The notes beneath the pieces are model-generated. The model was not told the DNA's origin, made no database searches, and saw only the letters and a list, made by a program, of their open reading frames with translations. From Candidatus Culexmicrobium cathedralense (GTDB lineage Archaea > Thermoproteota > Methanomethylicia > Culexarchaeales > Culexmicrobiaceae), in assembly GCA_025061115.1 (NCBI GenBank), contig JANZKC010000002.1:32001-96000 (forward strand): a stretch of 64,000 bases of DNA, in the 5' to 3' direction. The position numbers and the translations under genes were made by a program. Positions 48,552-59,544 of this stretch are shown here, piece after piece (positions within the stretch are counted from its first letter, which is position 1; every line of letters starts with the position of its first letter).

Positions 48552-51422
48552 CTACCAGAAACTTCTTCTCAAAGCATTTCTTTCCGCCTGCAATATCTTC
48601 TCGTAGAATGCATCAGAGGCAACTTTAAAACTCCGCAGTATAGGTTCAACATCACGTGCACGAAGGCGCCTTCCAGCGAGAGCTATTGCCGCAAGCTTCC
48701 CATACATTTCAATTAGGCTGGCTTGCCGTAAAGCTTCCTTCACTACATCTTCCTCCTCCCTACTTAGGCGCGAGCCCTTCTTCGCGCATATCCTTTGGAC
48801 AACCCGCTCATCCTCATTTAAAGCTGCAATTCTCCTTGATCCACACTTGGGGCATGAAGGATTTTCAGGCAAATCAAATATTCTAATGGGCTCCCACCAA
48901 TCCCAACAGTTGGTGCAAAGGAACACTCTAACCTCATTGAGCAGCCTAGCCTTTGCAGCTTCCACGAGTATTTTCCTCAATCTTTCAGGAGGAATCACTT
49001 CAGTTTTCCTGGATATTTTCTCCATCGCAATTCTAGAAATCGGAGTGAGCTCTACTGAATCTAGAAGGGCGAACTCTATTCTACCATCTTTAACAGCTTT
49101 AAGAAAAACCTCCAGGTCTTTAACGTCGATGTCGCGTAATAGAAATTCTTTAAGAGCTTCATCGTAGATGACCGTTCCCCTAAACATTTCAACGAGCCTT
49201 CTCAAGCTCAACGTTGAAACGTCTGCCCACTTTGCAAGTGCACCAAATCTCCTAGCAACATGCACAAGCCTCCTCTTAAATAGACCTGAGCGCTCAGCAA
49301 TCTTAATAGCTTCACTACTCAAATCCTTTTCAGCTAAGCGCCTAATGACCCTCTCGATCTCTTCTACCTTAATGGACTTGGAAGCGTGAATCACAATTCT
49401 ATAGGGGTCCTGCTGGACGCCGACAGCATGCCCAACCATCTCGGCAATCTCATCTGCAATTAACCTTGCTAAAGCCCTATTAGCCAGTGTTCCTAAATGG
49501 GCGTGAATTATTATGAAGTCCTCCCACTTTTCAATTACAACTCTCCTATCAGTTGGAACAGGAAGCTGCTTCTCCACATGCACTGCAACTTCCTTAATTG
49601 CCTCCTTCAAAGTATCAGGATCGCATGGATACTTTCTAAGAAGCTCATCAACAACTTGCTCGAGAGAAGCTCCATTAACAAGCCTATCCTCAACATACCC
49701 CCTTATCCAACCAACTTCCCGCGCAACTTCAAATGGAACGGGGATTTCCTCTCCAACCCAGCTTGGAATAGCCCCCGTGGGGTCGCTGTCAGGAGCTACA
49801 TAAACTTTATCGCCAACAACCTCCCTAATCTTCCAAAGGCTACCTCTAAAAATGAATTTCCTCCCCGGATCACCATACTCCGCGACGAAAACCTCATCAA
49901 GCACACCTATCGGCGTATTGTTAGTAACATCGATGACCAAGAACTGCTTAACGTCAGGTATCATTGAGAGCTCATCAAAGAAGTACTCATAAACAGCCCT
50001 CCTATTTCTCGGAGTCAATACAACTTTATCTTCAAATGAAGCCCACACCAATCTCGGATAGCGATTATGCATGTAGCTTAAAACCTTTACAAGATCATCC
50101 TCAGTCAAGTCCCTGTAAGGATACGCCTTACCGTAAAGTTCAAGTATTTGGCTGAAAGTCCATCTCCTTCTCTGCATGAGCAGAGCTACAATTTGATGAC
50201 ATAGCACGTCATAGGGCTTCTCCGGAACCATTATTGGCTCCAACTCCTCATTAAGAGCCTTCCTACAAATAACCAAAGCTTCGAGCGTGTCGTCGGGATC
50301 AGCAGTTATGATCACGCCCTTAGCCACCCTTCCAACTTTATGGCCAGCTCTACCAACTCTTTGAACCAACCTAGTTACCTGCCTAGGAGACATGTACTGT
50401 ATAACTAGGTCTATGTGGCCAACGTCAATTCCCAATTCGAGAGATGATGTGCAAACAAGCCCCTTAAGAGCACCATCTTTCAACCCTCTCTCAGCAGCTA
50501 TTCTAGAAGGCTTTGAAAGCGATCCATGGTGAACGCTTATTGGAAAATTCAAGTCCCAAACCTTAAATCTCGAAGCCAAAACTTCAGCTATGGCACGCGT
50601 ATTCACGAATAGCAGCGCCGACCTATGATCTTCAATTAACATCCTAATCAACCTAAGCCTCGTAGCAACTTCAGGGTGGGTGTAGAGCTTAGCAGCTAAC
50701 TCATAGTCTTCAGATACGGGTTTAGGATATACGACTTTAAGGCGCATCAGCCTAGAAACTGGAACCTTAACTATCTCAACCGGCCTGCCATTTCCAACCA
50801 GAAATTGAGCTACAACTTCAGGCGAGCCAATTGTAGCTGATAGCCCAATGACCTGGAAATCCCTGCCAGCAATGTACCTGAGCCTCTCAAGGCCAAGCGA
50901 AAGCTGAGATCCACGCTTATCCTCAGCCAATTCATGAACCTCATCAACGATAACCCATCTAACCTCCCCCAAGTGCCTCCTCATAACCCTCCCAGATAAA
51001 ATGGCCTGCAAAGTCTCCGGCGTAGTTATCAGTAGATCTGGTGGAGATCTAGCCTGAGAAGCCCTCTCAGACTGATCGGTGTCACCATGCCTAACTGCAA
51101 CCTTAATATCTAGCTTCTCACTCCACCACTCAAACCTCTCAAGCATATCCCTATTAAGAGCTCTTAGAGGAGTTATGTAGAGAATTTTAATTCCAGGAGG
51201 CTTAATCGGCATTTCAATGTACATGCTAAATACAGGCAGAAGAGCAGCTTCAGTCTTTCCAGTAGCTGTAGGAGCAATTAAAAGCACATTCTTACCCTGC
51301 AAAATGAGGGGGATGGCTTTATCCTGCGGCTCTGTGGGCTGCTTAAACCCCTTCTTAATCAATGCTTTCTGCACAGGCTTTGCAAGTAGCTGAAAAGCAC
51401 CTGCAAGCACTGATTCACTCAA
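48552..51422 (-). CDS. Lhr-family ATP-dependent helicase (intact) with C-terminal Zn ribbon
   Basis: APTATGKT, TPLRALNRD, DEVH, SAT, HHGSLS, TSSLELGID, QRVGRAGH, IPSW.GE, CxxC...CPxC. Confidence 0.95.
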   Translation of the reverse strand: MSESVLAGAFQLLAKPVQKALIKKGFKQPTEPQDKAIPLILQGKNVLLIAPTATGKTEAALLPVFSMYIEMPIKPPGIKILYITPLRALNRDMLERFEWWSEKLDIKVAVRHGDTDQSERASQARSPPDLLITTPETLQAILSGRVMRRHLGEVRWVIVDEVHELAEDKRGSQLSLGLERLRYIAGRDFQVIGLSATIGSPEVVAQFLVGNGRPVEIVKVPVSRLMRLKVVYPKPVSEDYELAAKLYTHPEVATRLRLIRMLIEDHRSALLFVNTRAIAEVLASRFKVWDLNFPISVHHGSLSKPSRIAAERGLKDGALKGLVCTSSLELGIDVGHIDLVIQYMSPRQVTRLVQRVGRAGHKVGRVAKGVIITADPDDTLEALVICRKALNEELEPIMVPEKPYDVLCHQIVALLMQRRRWTFSQILELYGKAYPYRDLTEDDLVKVLSYMHNRYPRLVWASFEDKVVLTPRNRRAVYEYFFDELSMIPDVKQFLVIDVTNNTPIGVLDEVFVAEYGDPGRKFIFRGSLWKIREVVGDKVYVAPDSDPTGAIPSWVGEEIPVPFEVAREVGWIRGYVEDRLVNGASLEQVVDELLRKYPCDPDTLKEAIKEVAVHVEKQLPVPTDRRVVIEKWEDFIIIHAHLGTLANRALARLIADEIAEMVGHAVGVQQDPYRIVIHASKSIKVEEIERVIRRLAEKDLSSEAIKIAERSGLFKRRLVHVARRFGALAKWADVSTLSLRRLVEMFRGTVIYDEALKEFLLRDIDVKDLEVFLKAVKDGRIEFALLDSVELTPISRIAMEKISRKTEVIPPERLRKILVEAAKARLLNEVRVFLCTNCWDWWEPIRIFDLPENPSCPKCGSRRIAALNEDERVVQRICAKKGSRLSREEEDVVKEALRQASLIEMYGKLAAIALAGRRLRARDVEPILRSFKVASDAFYEKILQAERNALRRSFW

Positions 51423-51505
51423 ATCTCTAACCTCTCCAATTAGTTGTTGATACTCAGAATCTTTAACTAAAAGACACTTAATTCTTTTTTGCCGGAAAGC
51501 CGCGT

Positions 51506-51661
51506 CTACTCCTTAACATAGATGGTGTATCCGCAGTACCCGCAGGCATGCCTATCACCGTGAAAAGCCATGACCCTACCGCACCTCGGACAAAGCTTTC
51601 TCTTCAAAGCAATTTTGCCAGTAGCATAGTCGTACTCGTAAAGCTTATGCCTGTTAGCCAT
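51506..51661 (-). CDS. rps27ae: 30S ribosomal protein S27ae (eS31), 51 aa
   Basis: Too short for the ORF track. Hand translation MANRHKLYEYDYATGKIALKRKLCPRCGRVMAFHGDRHACGYCGYTIYVKE; AGGTGG upstream. Confidence 0.95.
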   Translation of the reverse strand: MANRHKLYEYDYATGKIALKRKLCPRCGRVMAFHGDRHACGYCGYTIYVKE

Positions 51662-51739
51662 CGCACATCCACCTTAGTATGCGTAGATAAAATTAAGCTT
51701 AAAAATCTTCCTCAAAATTGTGAGCTAGGAGGCTGAGAA

Positions 51740-52930
51740 TTGAGTAGGAGGCTGCTTGGAGGATTAACCCTCAACGTGATCCTTCTAGGATTAACTAGCT
51801 TCTTAACCGACGTAAGCACGGAAATGATACTTGCAGTACTCCCATTCTATGCAACTGAAGTTCTTGGAATAGAAATGGGCGCACTAGGCTTCATCGAGGG
51901 AGCGGCTGAAACCACAGCAAGCCTCCTCAAGGCAATTTCAGGAAAAATATCCGATAAATTTGAAAGAAGAAAGCCATTTGCAATTTTAGGATATGGAATC
52001 TCAGCTTTAATAAAGCCCCTATTCGGCTTAACTTCAACTTGGCAGCACGTGCTCAGCGTAAGAATAGCTGATAGAATAGGCAAGGGAATTAGAACGGCGC
52101 CCAGAGATGCGCTTCTAGCAAGCTCAGTTGAAGCAAAGGTGAGAGGCAGAGCCTTCGGGCTGCATAGGATGATGGACACGTTGGGAGCCATAACCGGCCC
52201 ACTAATATCACTAATAATGCTAAGCTACGGCTTCAACTACAGAACAATATTCTTCGCCACCATAATTCCAGGTCTAGCTGCAATAGCATTCCTAATTCCA
52301 GTTAAAGAGGCAGTACAGCGCAAGGAAAATGAAAGGCGAAGAAAACTTCCGGAACCAGCCGATTTAATAGCAATGGGAGGAGTGCTAACTTGGAAGTTCA
52401 TCATATTCATATTGGCAGTCACGCTATTCTCGCTAGGAAACTTCAGCTATGCCTTCTGGCTTCTAAGAGCAAGTGAAGCTGGAATACCAGCCGAAATAGT
52501 TCCACTATTCTACATGCTACATAACATAGCATACGCCCTATCAGCACTACCAGCAGGAGAACTCTCAGATAGAATTGGCAGAGAGAAAGTATTAGCACTA
52601 GGCTACACTGCATTTGCACTAGCATGCATTGGATTCACGCTTCCAAACACATTCGCAACAGCAGCACTACTACTCATACTCTACGGCGTCTTCAGAGCAG
52701 TGGCAGACACAGTTCAAAGAGCCATGGTTTCAGACCTAGCAAAGCGAAGAGAGCTCGGCACAGCATTCGGCGTATTACACATGGCAGTAGGACTAAGCGC
52801 CTTGCCATCAAGCACTGCAGCAGGACTTCTATGGAGCATTTACGGATCTTGGGCGGCATTCGCCTACGGCGCAGCACTAGCAATTGCATCGACAATCCTA
52901 ATACTAATTTGGACCAAAATGAGAGGCTAG
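51740..52930 (+). CDS. MFS transporter
   Basis: About 12 TM helices, GKISDKFERRK, DRIGKGIRTAPRD, G.LSDRIGR. Confidence 0.93.
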   Translation: MSRRLLGGLTLNVILLGLTSFLTDVSTEMILAVLPFYATEVLGIEMGALGFIEGAAETTASLLKAISGKISDKFERRKPFAILGYGISALIKPLFGLTSTWQHVLSVRIADRIGKGIRTAPRDALLASSVEAKVRGRAFGLHRMMDTLGAITGPLISLIMLSYGFNYRTIFFATIIPGLAAIAFLIPVKEAVQRKENERRRKLPEPADLIAMGGVLTWKFIIFILAVTLFSLGNFSYAFWLLRASEAGIPAEIVPLFYMLHNIAYALSALPAGELSDRIGREKVLALGYTAFALACIGFTLPNTFATAALLLILYGVFRAVADTVQRAMVSDLAKRRELGTAFGVLHMAVGLSALPSSTAAGLLWSIYGSWAAFAYGAALAIASTILILIWTKMRG

Positions 52931-53227
52931 CAGGAACCATAATAGGCAAGTTAAATACGCAATACCTATATTTTGGACAACCACATTTTCTTCAATAAAG
53001 CAGCTTGCCAACGTTATGACTCTCTGCGCAAAGCATCTTTAAGAAATAATGCAAATAACATTATTGGTAAAATCAAACTTAGGGGATTAGCCCGCACTCA
53101 TCCATCACTCTTCACGAATAATATTATAATTGAAATTAGGCTAACGGGCATTGTATTTCCAGCGGAAATTAAGTTTAATTTCCTGAAACCATAGTTCCAT
53201 TAAAGTATGATACAATGGCTATTGCAT

Positions 53228-53971
53228 TTAAAATGGTTTTCTTCCAACCATGCAGCCATAGCCTATGTAATCCTTGTATTCTTTAAAGATTCTCATGTAC
53301 TCGTACATTATTTTACGCATATCAGGGCGTATAAGAAGTTTACAAGCCATTTTTAGCATTCCTCTAAAGCCTAACTCTTTTCTAAAAGCCTTTTCTATGC
53401 CGGGTAATTCGTTGGAGAAATCAACTGCCTTAACTTCAACAAGGCCTCAGCCTCTCAAAAACTTTTCCCCTCTTCAAGGGTCATCATCTTTAAACCTCCC
53501 CAAACTCCGTACGCTTTCTCTTCTAGTTCCTTCGGCGGTTGCTTCTTCCATATCATTTCTAAATCACCGACATATCCACTGGGCTTTAAGACGCGAATAA
53601 ACTCACGAAAGCCCTCTCTTTATCCAACAGAATAGTTGTGCATTCTGCTATAACTATATCAAAACTTTCATCTTCAAATGATGGAACATGTGCATCTGCT
53701 ACTCTTAAACTAGCTTTCCCTCTAGACCTTTCTTCCTTGCTAGCTCTCTTGCATATTCAATCCTTCTCTCTGAAACATCTATTCCAATAACCTCGCAATC
53801 ATATTTCTGAGCTAGAAAACAGGCTGTTACTCCTTTGCCACAACCTATATCTAAAACTCTCATAACTTTCCCTATTTTGCACATTCTTGCCATTTCATCC
53901 ATCTTCTTTAAGCCTCCAGGATGCAGAACCTCTAAGCCACAAGAATACATGAACTCATCAGTATCAGCCAT
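53228..53971 (-). pseudogene. Class I SAM-dependent methyltransferase with several frameshifts
   Basis: LHPGG and VLDIGCGKG. Homology continues past the stop at 53705 in other frames (VADAH...FEDESFDIVIAE; YIGYG..VGRKPF*). Confidence 0.8.
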
Positions 53972-54455
53972 TTACCCATCTTGCCCATACCTCCATACTC
54001 CCACCATAAAGGGATCTTATCCCTGCAAGATATACAGACATAATCATTACTGGGCTTACGCCAAGATAAATCCAGTTGAAGGGGTAAGTAAGTATATTTA
54101 TTCCGGAAATGATGACCACAAATACGATGTCTAAAAGCATGCTCAATCCACAGAAAGCCAAAGCTATTCCTACAATGAATCTAGTAGTTACCTTCCGCCC
54201 TACTTTCTTAAAATAAAGACTTGCCGAGATATAGTAGCTTGGAATGGCAGAAAAGTAAATAATTGCAGTACTCAAGTATATCGGAATTCTCCCCATTAAT
54301 ACTTCATAATTCGTTATGAATAGAATTCTATACACGAATAAAACCAAAAGTATGAGAGGAATTGCGATAACCCAAATCAATACATAACTAATTAAGAAAT
54401 ACTTAATTAAAATCAAGAAGTCATCAGCACCGATCATTTTAGGGCATCTCCCCAT
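53964..54455 (-). CDS. Hypothetical membrane protein (about 4 TM)
   Basis: Hydrophobic ORF overlapping the start of the methyltransferase pseudogene. Confidence 0.6.
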   Translation of the reverse strand: MGRCPKMIGADDFLILIKYFLISYVLIWVIAIPLILLVLFVYRILFITNYEVLMGRIPIYLSTAIIYFSAIPSYYISASLYFKKVGRKVTTRFIVGIALAFCGLSMLLDIVFVVIISGINILTYPFNWIYLGVSPVMIMSVYLAGIRSLYGGSMEVWARWVNG

Positions 54456-54874
54456 GTTCTCGCTTAGAACCTACATCACTCATCCTCGCCATCTCCTAAG
54501 TCTTCAATCACAATGGTGAGTTTGCTTAACTAGAAATGCTAAACTATTAGATCAGCTTTTCACCAACTCAACAAATGTAGAAATAAGCTCCTTAGTCTTA
54601 AACAACACATACATAGAACGCATATATTTCCTCAGTTTAAGCTTAAGCCTTTGATGAGGTATAGTAACTAGGCAATCTGCTCATTTGCATCTGAGGAGAA
54701 CGGTATTAAGACACATGTATTACAGATCAGGATCGACCTAGTGATTTTATGGAAACTTTAATTGTTTTAGGTTCATGAGAGATTTTATCAGCACCAGAAA
54801 CCTTCATCATCAATCAGACAATCTAGCCATCATCACCAATTATTTAGAAATTCAAATCCCCCATATTTTTGTTA

Positions 54875-55612
54875 TTATTTACTTGAATTTATCCTTAAGA
54901 TGAAGCATGGAATTATTCCAAAGATTAAGCTTACCGATTCATCATGCATTATTTTTAGTAGCTCTTTTTCGCTTACATCTTTAAGGCATTTAATTAAGTC
55001 TAAGTACAAAAGCATTGGGTCTCCCTCATTTGAAACAACTCTCCAATATCTTTTAGCATCTCTATTTGCAAGCTTCTTCCTATTACTTAGCAATTCAATA
55101 AACTTTTCTTTTAGATTCGCTTCTTCACATGCTTTCAGAATTGCGGAGTATGCTTCAGTTGTTGTTTTTTCATGGAAATCTAAGATTGTATATCCCGCTA
55201 TCCTTAAGTGTCTCTTAATTTCTACCTCCGGAATTTTTCTGTTTGAAAGCACTTTTAATGTAGCTAGCTGCTCCAACTTTTTAGCTGACTTTGGAAATGT
55301 TATTAATGGAGTTACGTATGCTGATGCTAGTGCTAATGCCTCTACTATCACCTTATCGATCTTTGATTGTCTTGATATTAACTCCACTATTTCCTCGATG
55401 GCTTTTGATGGATAATAAAGCTCTATGAATGGCTTTTTACTAAATATGCTGTTTACTTCAGGGAGAACTTGAATTGATGGTGGCTTTCCAATGAATCTGT
55501 ATCTAAATCTCCTTGATAGCCACTTTAAACCTTCTAGCGGATTATCTTCTGGAGCAACATAAACTACTCCTTTGATATTCTTTAGTATTGAGATGAACCT
55601 TGGGTTTATCAT
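54875..55612 (-). CDS. Hypothetical protein
   Basis: 245-aa ORF, 3 nt downstream of the aminotransferase stop. Confidence 0.7.
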   Translation of the reverse strand: MINPRFISILKNIKGVVYVAPEDNPLEGLKWLSRRFRYRFIGKPPSIQVLPEVNSIFSKKPFIELYYPSKAIEEIVELISRQSKIDKVIVEALALASAYVTPLITFPKSAKKLEQLATLKVLSNRKIPEVEIKRHLRIAGYTILDFHEKTTTEAYSAILKACEEANLKEKFIELLSNRKKLANRDAKRYWRVVSNEGDPMLLYLDLIKCLKDVSEKELLKIMHDESVSLIFGIIPCFILRINSSK

Positions 55613-55615
55613 GGC

Positions 55616-56776
55616 TTACTCTGCGCTTTCATATGCTTTTTCAGCTGCCTTTAATGCTCCATTTACATCTACATTCGATCCCAATTTATTAAGCTCTTCA
55701 CCTACAACTTTAATGGTTTTAAGTATTAGACTTAACTTCGCCGTATTTGCCATGTGACCTATTCGAATTGCCTTATCCTTCAGTTTGCCTAATCCACTGC
55801 TTATCAGCATATTATGATTTTTAAGAAGCCTCCTTACTATGGTTGATGGCTTAACCTCCTCTGGAGTTAATGCTACTGTAACTGTGCTTGAAGCACAGTT
55901 ATCATCGGCTAGAATCTTGAAGCCAAGCATGTTAAGACCAGTTCTCGCGGCTTTAGCTACTTTCCTATGCCTCTTAAATCTCTTTTCCAATCCCTCTTCG
56001 AAGATTTCAAGAAGTGCTTCTCTTAAAGCCAATATTAGCGGTGATGGAAGAGTTGATGGGTATGGGTGGCTCGGCTCTTTCTCAGCATAATCTCTCCAAG
56101 TCTTAAGGTTTAAGTACCATGATGGCACGTTTGTTTTTCTATTCTCCAAATAATCCCAGAACTTTTCGCCTATAGCTATTGTCGTTATTCCAGCTACAGC
56201 TCCTAGGCACTTTTGAGGACCCACAAACGCGATATCTATGCTCCATTCATCCATGTTGAAGTCCATTCCACCAATCGAGGAAATTCCATCAACAACGTAT
56301 ATTAGGTCGTATTTTGATGCTAATTTTCCAAGTTTGGATACTGGATTAACTACTCCAGTTGATGAGTCACAATGAACTACTGCTAGAGCTCTAACCTTAT
56401 TATCCTCAGCTATTTTCTCCTCAACCTCTATTAAATCAATTTCTTCCCCCCAATTGAAATTGACGCACAGAACTTCTCCATAAATTTGAAATGTTTGTTG
56501 AAGTCTTTCGCCAGAGTAGCCGTTTGATGGAATTACTATTTTCATGCCTTCATCCATAACATTTATAGCGGAAAGCTCCACCGCTAAGCTTCCAGCTCCA
56601 GGTAGAATAAAAACTTCACCCTTCGTCTTGAAGAGCTACTTTAACATTTAAATTGTTTCATGGTAAATTGGCTTCCAGTTCTCGCCATAATGCGGAATTA
56701 CTGGACAACTCAAAGCCTTTAACACTCTATTAGATGCTTCAGTTGGACCTGGAATCATGAGCAGTGGTTTCCTCAT
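55616..56776 (-). pseudogene. Class V (serine-pyruvate / alanine-glyoxylate type) aminotransferase with two in-frame stops
   Basis: ATG 56776 gives MRKPLLMIPGPT. TAA at 56648-56650 and TAG at 56636-56638. The rest (VDGISS.GG, GPQKCL, RIGHM) is in the same frame. Confidence 0.85.
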
Positions 56777-56794
56777 GGTCCGCACCTTAATCCA

Positions 56795-58048
56795 TTACTT
56801 TATGTTTGATTTTAAATCTGCTTCAACCTTCTTTCGCCATAACCGATACTCCTTAATTGTTGATAGAGCGATTGCCATGATAATGTTGCTGAGCAGAAGT
56901 GCGCTTACCACTATACTTAGAATTATGTTTGCATTTTTAAGTCCATATTCCATAGGCATGATTCCAAGAACTGCTGCCGCGAGACCTCTTCCCATTGCGC
57001 ACGAAATAATTTTTCTCTCTTTGGTGAGCGCCGTGTGAATTGTAGTTGCAGTTATGGCAACGTATCTTACGGCGAATAGCATCGCTGTAATTGAAAGGCC
57101 GAGAATTATTTCCATTGGATCATCGAGAATGTAGTTTAAGCCTAAGAGAACGAAAAAGAAGGTCCTAACTAAAAAGGTGATTTCAGAGTGGAAGCGCCTA
57201 GTAAGCTCCTTTATCGGCCTCAGCTCTTTAACTCCTATCTTCAAGCCCAATATCGAAGATATTTTTTCGTCATTTCCAAGAACAAGGCCGAAAATTAGGG
57301 ACGCAAGAGCTCCACTTCCACCTATAAATTCAGCTAGAGAATATACTCCAATTAGCGCTGAAAGAGTGAACATATAGAAGTATTCCTCCTCTCTAAGAAA
57401 GTACACGACCAACAACCATAGAACTCCAATTCCAAATCCAGCCACTATTCCTGTTGAAAATTTTGATGTCAATCTAACAATTACCTCGCTCAGCGGAGTG
57501 CTAAGCCCCATGTACTCTAGGCATGACAGCGTAATTATAACTGAAAGCACATTCGTTAATGCAAGTTCAATAGTGAGTATTAGAAGCGCATCCTCCTCCA
57601 AAGGCATTTTCCTAATTAGGGTCATAAGAGTTACTGAACCGCTTCCACCAACAATTGCAGCTAGAATTAAGCTGTAAGCCCATCTAAAGTTTAGAGCATA
57701 CCTAGCAAAGAAAGTTATTATTATTACGCTTAAGGCGAAACTTAGAATTGATGGCGTCATAAGCGTTCTACCCTTCTCCAGAATTTTATCCAAGTCTATT
57801 CTCATACCGCTTTCAAATAGGAGCACTGCCAGTGCAAGCGAAGCCATGTAAGGTAGGATGGGCTGAATATCACTTACATTAATTAACTGTGCATAGGGTC
57901 CAATGAGTATGCCCAAAAATATTAGGAAAATGACATCAGGAATGCTTGTTTTCCTGAAAAGTAGGACCCCAAAGAATCCGAGAAGCATTATTATTGATGC
58001 CGTAAAAAATGCGAATAGTATGTCGTCCATACTTTTCACCGTCAACAC
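56795..58048 (-). CDS. Cation:proton antiporter (NhaP/CPA1-like)
   Basis: IPDV..LI.LG..IGP, LFESG, FFFVLLG, RGLAAAVL. Confidence 0.88.
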   Translation of the reverse strand: MLTVKSMDDILFAFFTASIIMLLGFFGVLLFRKTSIPDVIFLIFLGILIGPYAQLINVSDIQPILPYMASLALAVLLFESGMRIDLDKILEKGRTLMTPSILSFALSVIIITFFARYALNFRWAYSLILAAIVGGSGSVTLMTLIRKMPLEEDALLILTIELALTNVLSVIITLSCLEYMGLSTPLSEVIVRLTSKFSTGIVAGFGIGVLWLLVVYFLREEEYFYMFTLSALIGVYSLAEFIGGSGALASLIFGLVLGNDEKISSILGLKIGVKELRPIKELTRRFHSEITFLVRTFFFVLLGLNYILDDPMEIILGLSITAMLFAVRYVAITATTIHTALTKERKIISCAMGRGLAAAVLGIMPMEYGLKNANIILSIVVSALLLSNIIMAIALSTIKEYRLWRKKVEADLKSNIK

Positions 58049-58119
58049 TCTTATTTTGTTGTCATTAGAATTTAAAGTCTTATCAAATTAAGATCTTAAA
58101 ATTGTTGCTTTCCAGCAGC

Positions 58120-58509
58120 TTAGCCACCACTTAATTTTATAGACGACCTGTCAGCGTAATGCTTTTCAACTCTCCTCGCCTTTAGCTTTTCAGCTATATA
58201 GTTGAATGCCATTTCAGGGTCAGCTTTTTCACCGCAAGTATATACATCTACAGTTGCATAGGCATATTCGGTCCAAGTGTGAATAGAGATGTGGCTTTCA
58301 ACAACTAAGGCTATTACTGATACTCCCCCCTTTTCCCCACCGAACTTCCACGACTTTAAATCCCAAATAGTCATGTTGGCTAGCTCAGCTGCTTGAGTAA
58401 CTATTTCTCTTAGTTGCTGCTCATTTGCAAGTACTTCTTCATCGCAATCATACAGGTTTCCATAGACGTGCTTTCCAATAATGCCTCTACGACCCTCGGA
58501 CATTTCCAT
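58120..58509 (-). CDS. Pyruvoyl-dependent decarboxylase proenzyme of the SpeD/SpeH fold, probably crenarchaeal arginine decarboxylase
   Basis: ES|HISIHTW cleavage site, DVYTCG. GKHVYGNLY, W.FGGEKGG and YADRSS fit the arginine decarboxylase paralogue. Confidence 0.85.
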   Translation of the reverse strand: MEMSEGRRGIIGKHVYGNLYDCDEEVLANEQQLREIVTQAAELANMTIWDLKSWKFGGEKGGVSVIALVVESHISIHTWTEYAYATVDVYTCGEKADPEMAFNYIAEKLKARRVEKHYADRSSIKLSGG

Positions 58510-58538
58510 CGGAGACCGTCTTAAAGCTTGCTTAATAT

Positions 58539-59291
58539 TTAAATCTTACCTCGTATTTTCCTTCCAATTAATTCAGCCATTCTCCTTGCGTTACTAAGCA
58601 TGTCGTGATTGTTGTTGAAGAAAATATATATCCTATCAGCTTGTAGCTTGAGAACTTCCTCAGCGACCTCTATAAGCTCTTCATCTGAGTAATTGTGGGC
58701 GTACCAAGCTGTTCTGCCATGCATTCTCAGGTAGATGCTGCTCCCTGTCCCAGCGTAAAGTCTCATTTCAGGACTGTCAACTGAAACAAGCGTTACTTCA
58801 AAATCTCTACACCAATTAATCCACTTCTCGCAAACCCATTGCCTGTTTCTCCACTCCAAAGCGAATTTTTCACCTAGATTTACGCTCTTAATGAATTTTT
58901 CAAGTTTAGCGGTAAAATTCCTGGTTGGAATAGCTGTTGGGGGAAGCTGGAACAAGTAGAAATCTATTTTATCTCTGAGAGGCTCAAACAACCTTTCAAA
59001 TTTAATCCAAGTTTTAAGAGCTTTATCGCTGAACTTGTAAATGTGGGTTATCCACCTACTTACCTTAATGGACCACCTAAAGTTCGGCGGGCTTCTAAGC
59101 GCCCAGCTTTTAACTTGAGATGGAAATGGAAACCTGTAAAAGCTTGCATTTAGCTCGACAGCATTTAACTTGGAATTCCTGACATACCATTTAAATCCAT
59201 TTGGATTCCAGCTGTAAAGCCAGCCTGAAGTTCCTACGAAAAGCGAAGGAGTTCTGCCAACACTAAATTTTAATGCCGAATGCTTCTGCAA
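58539..59291 (-). CDS. DUF72 family protein
   Basis: VGTSGW.Y, VELNASFYR, ITH, LFQLPP, LEWR, YLRMHGR, FFNN; start uncertain. Confidence 0.9.
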   Translation of the reverse strand: MQKHSALKFSVGRTPSLFVGTSGWLYSWNPNGFKWYVRNSKLNAVELNASFYRFPFPSQVKSWALRSPPNFRWSIKVSRWITHIYKFSDKALKTWIKFERLFEPLRDKIDFYLFQLPPTAIPTRNFTAKLEKFIKSVNLGEKFALEWRNRQWVCEKWINWCRDFEVTLVSVDSPEMRLYAGTGSSIYLRMHGRTAWYAHNYSDEELIEVAEEVLKLQADRIYIFFNNNHDMLSNARRMAELIGRKIRGKI

Positions 59292-59544
59292 ACTCTTTAA
59301 TCCTCCTATACTCCTTCAAAAACTCATACCCCCTCTCAGTTAGAACGAAGATAGTCTTGCCGCTCTCTTCCATTTCACGTAGGAGTTTAGCTTCACTAAG
59401 TTCTTTCAAGTATCTAGTTAATCTGTCATAGGATAAGTTTGCTCCATAGAGTATTCTAGTAATTCCCGCTCTTCCGCCTTCATCTCTAATGGTCTTCAAT
59501 ATATCTGCCATTATTTGCAGCCTCGACCTATACTTTTTCTTCAT
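59263..59544 (-). CDS. Winged-helix transcriptional regulator (ArnR1/HTH_45-like)
   Basis: RSRLQIMADIL...IT.I.Y.ANLS....YL..L...LTERG..FL. Confidence 0.88.
   Translation of the reverse strand: MKKKYRSRLQIMADILKTIRDEGGRAGITRILYGANLSYDRLTRYLKELSEAKLLREMEESGKTIFVLTERGYEFLKEYRRIKEFAEAFGIKI

Noticed and set aside
54648-54697. Possible C/D box sRNA (TTGATGA...CTGA)
   Set aside because: No convincing C'/D' boxes and no rRNA or tRNA complementarity I could identify; needs a dedicated search.
59225-59265. Hairpin (UCCU/AGGA) near the DUF72 5' end as a second intron
   Set aside because: No outer exon-exon helix, and excision would delete part of the conserved VGTSG motif.
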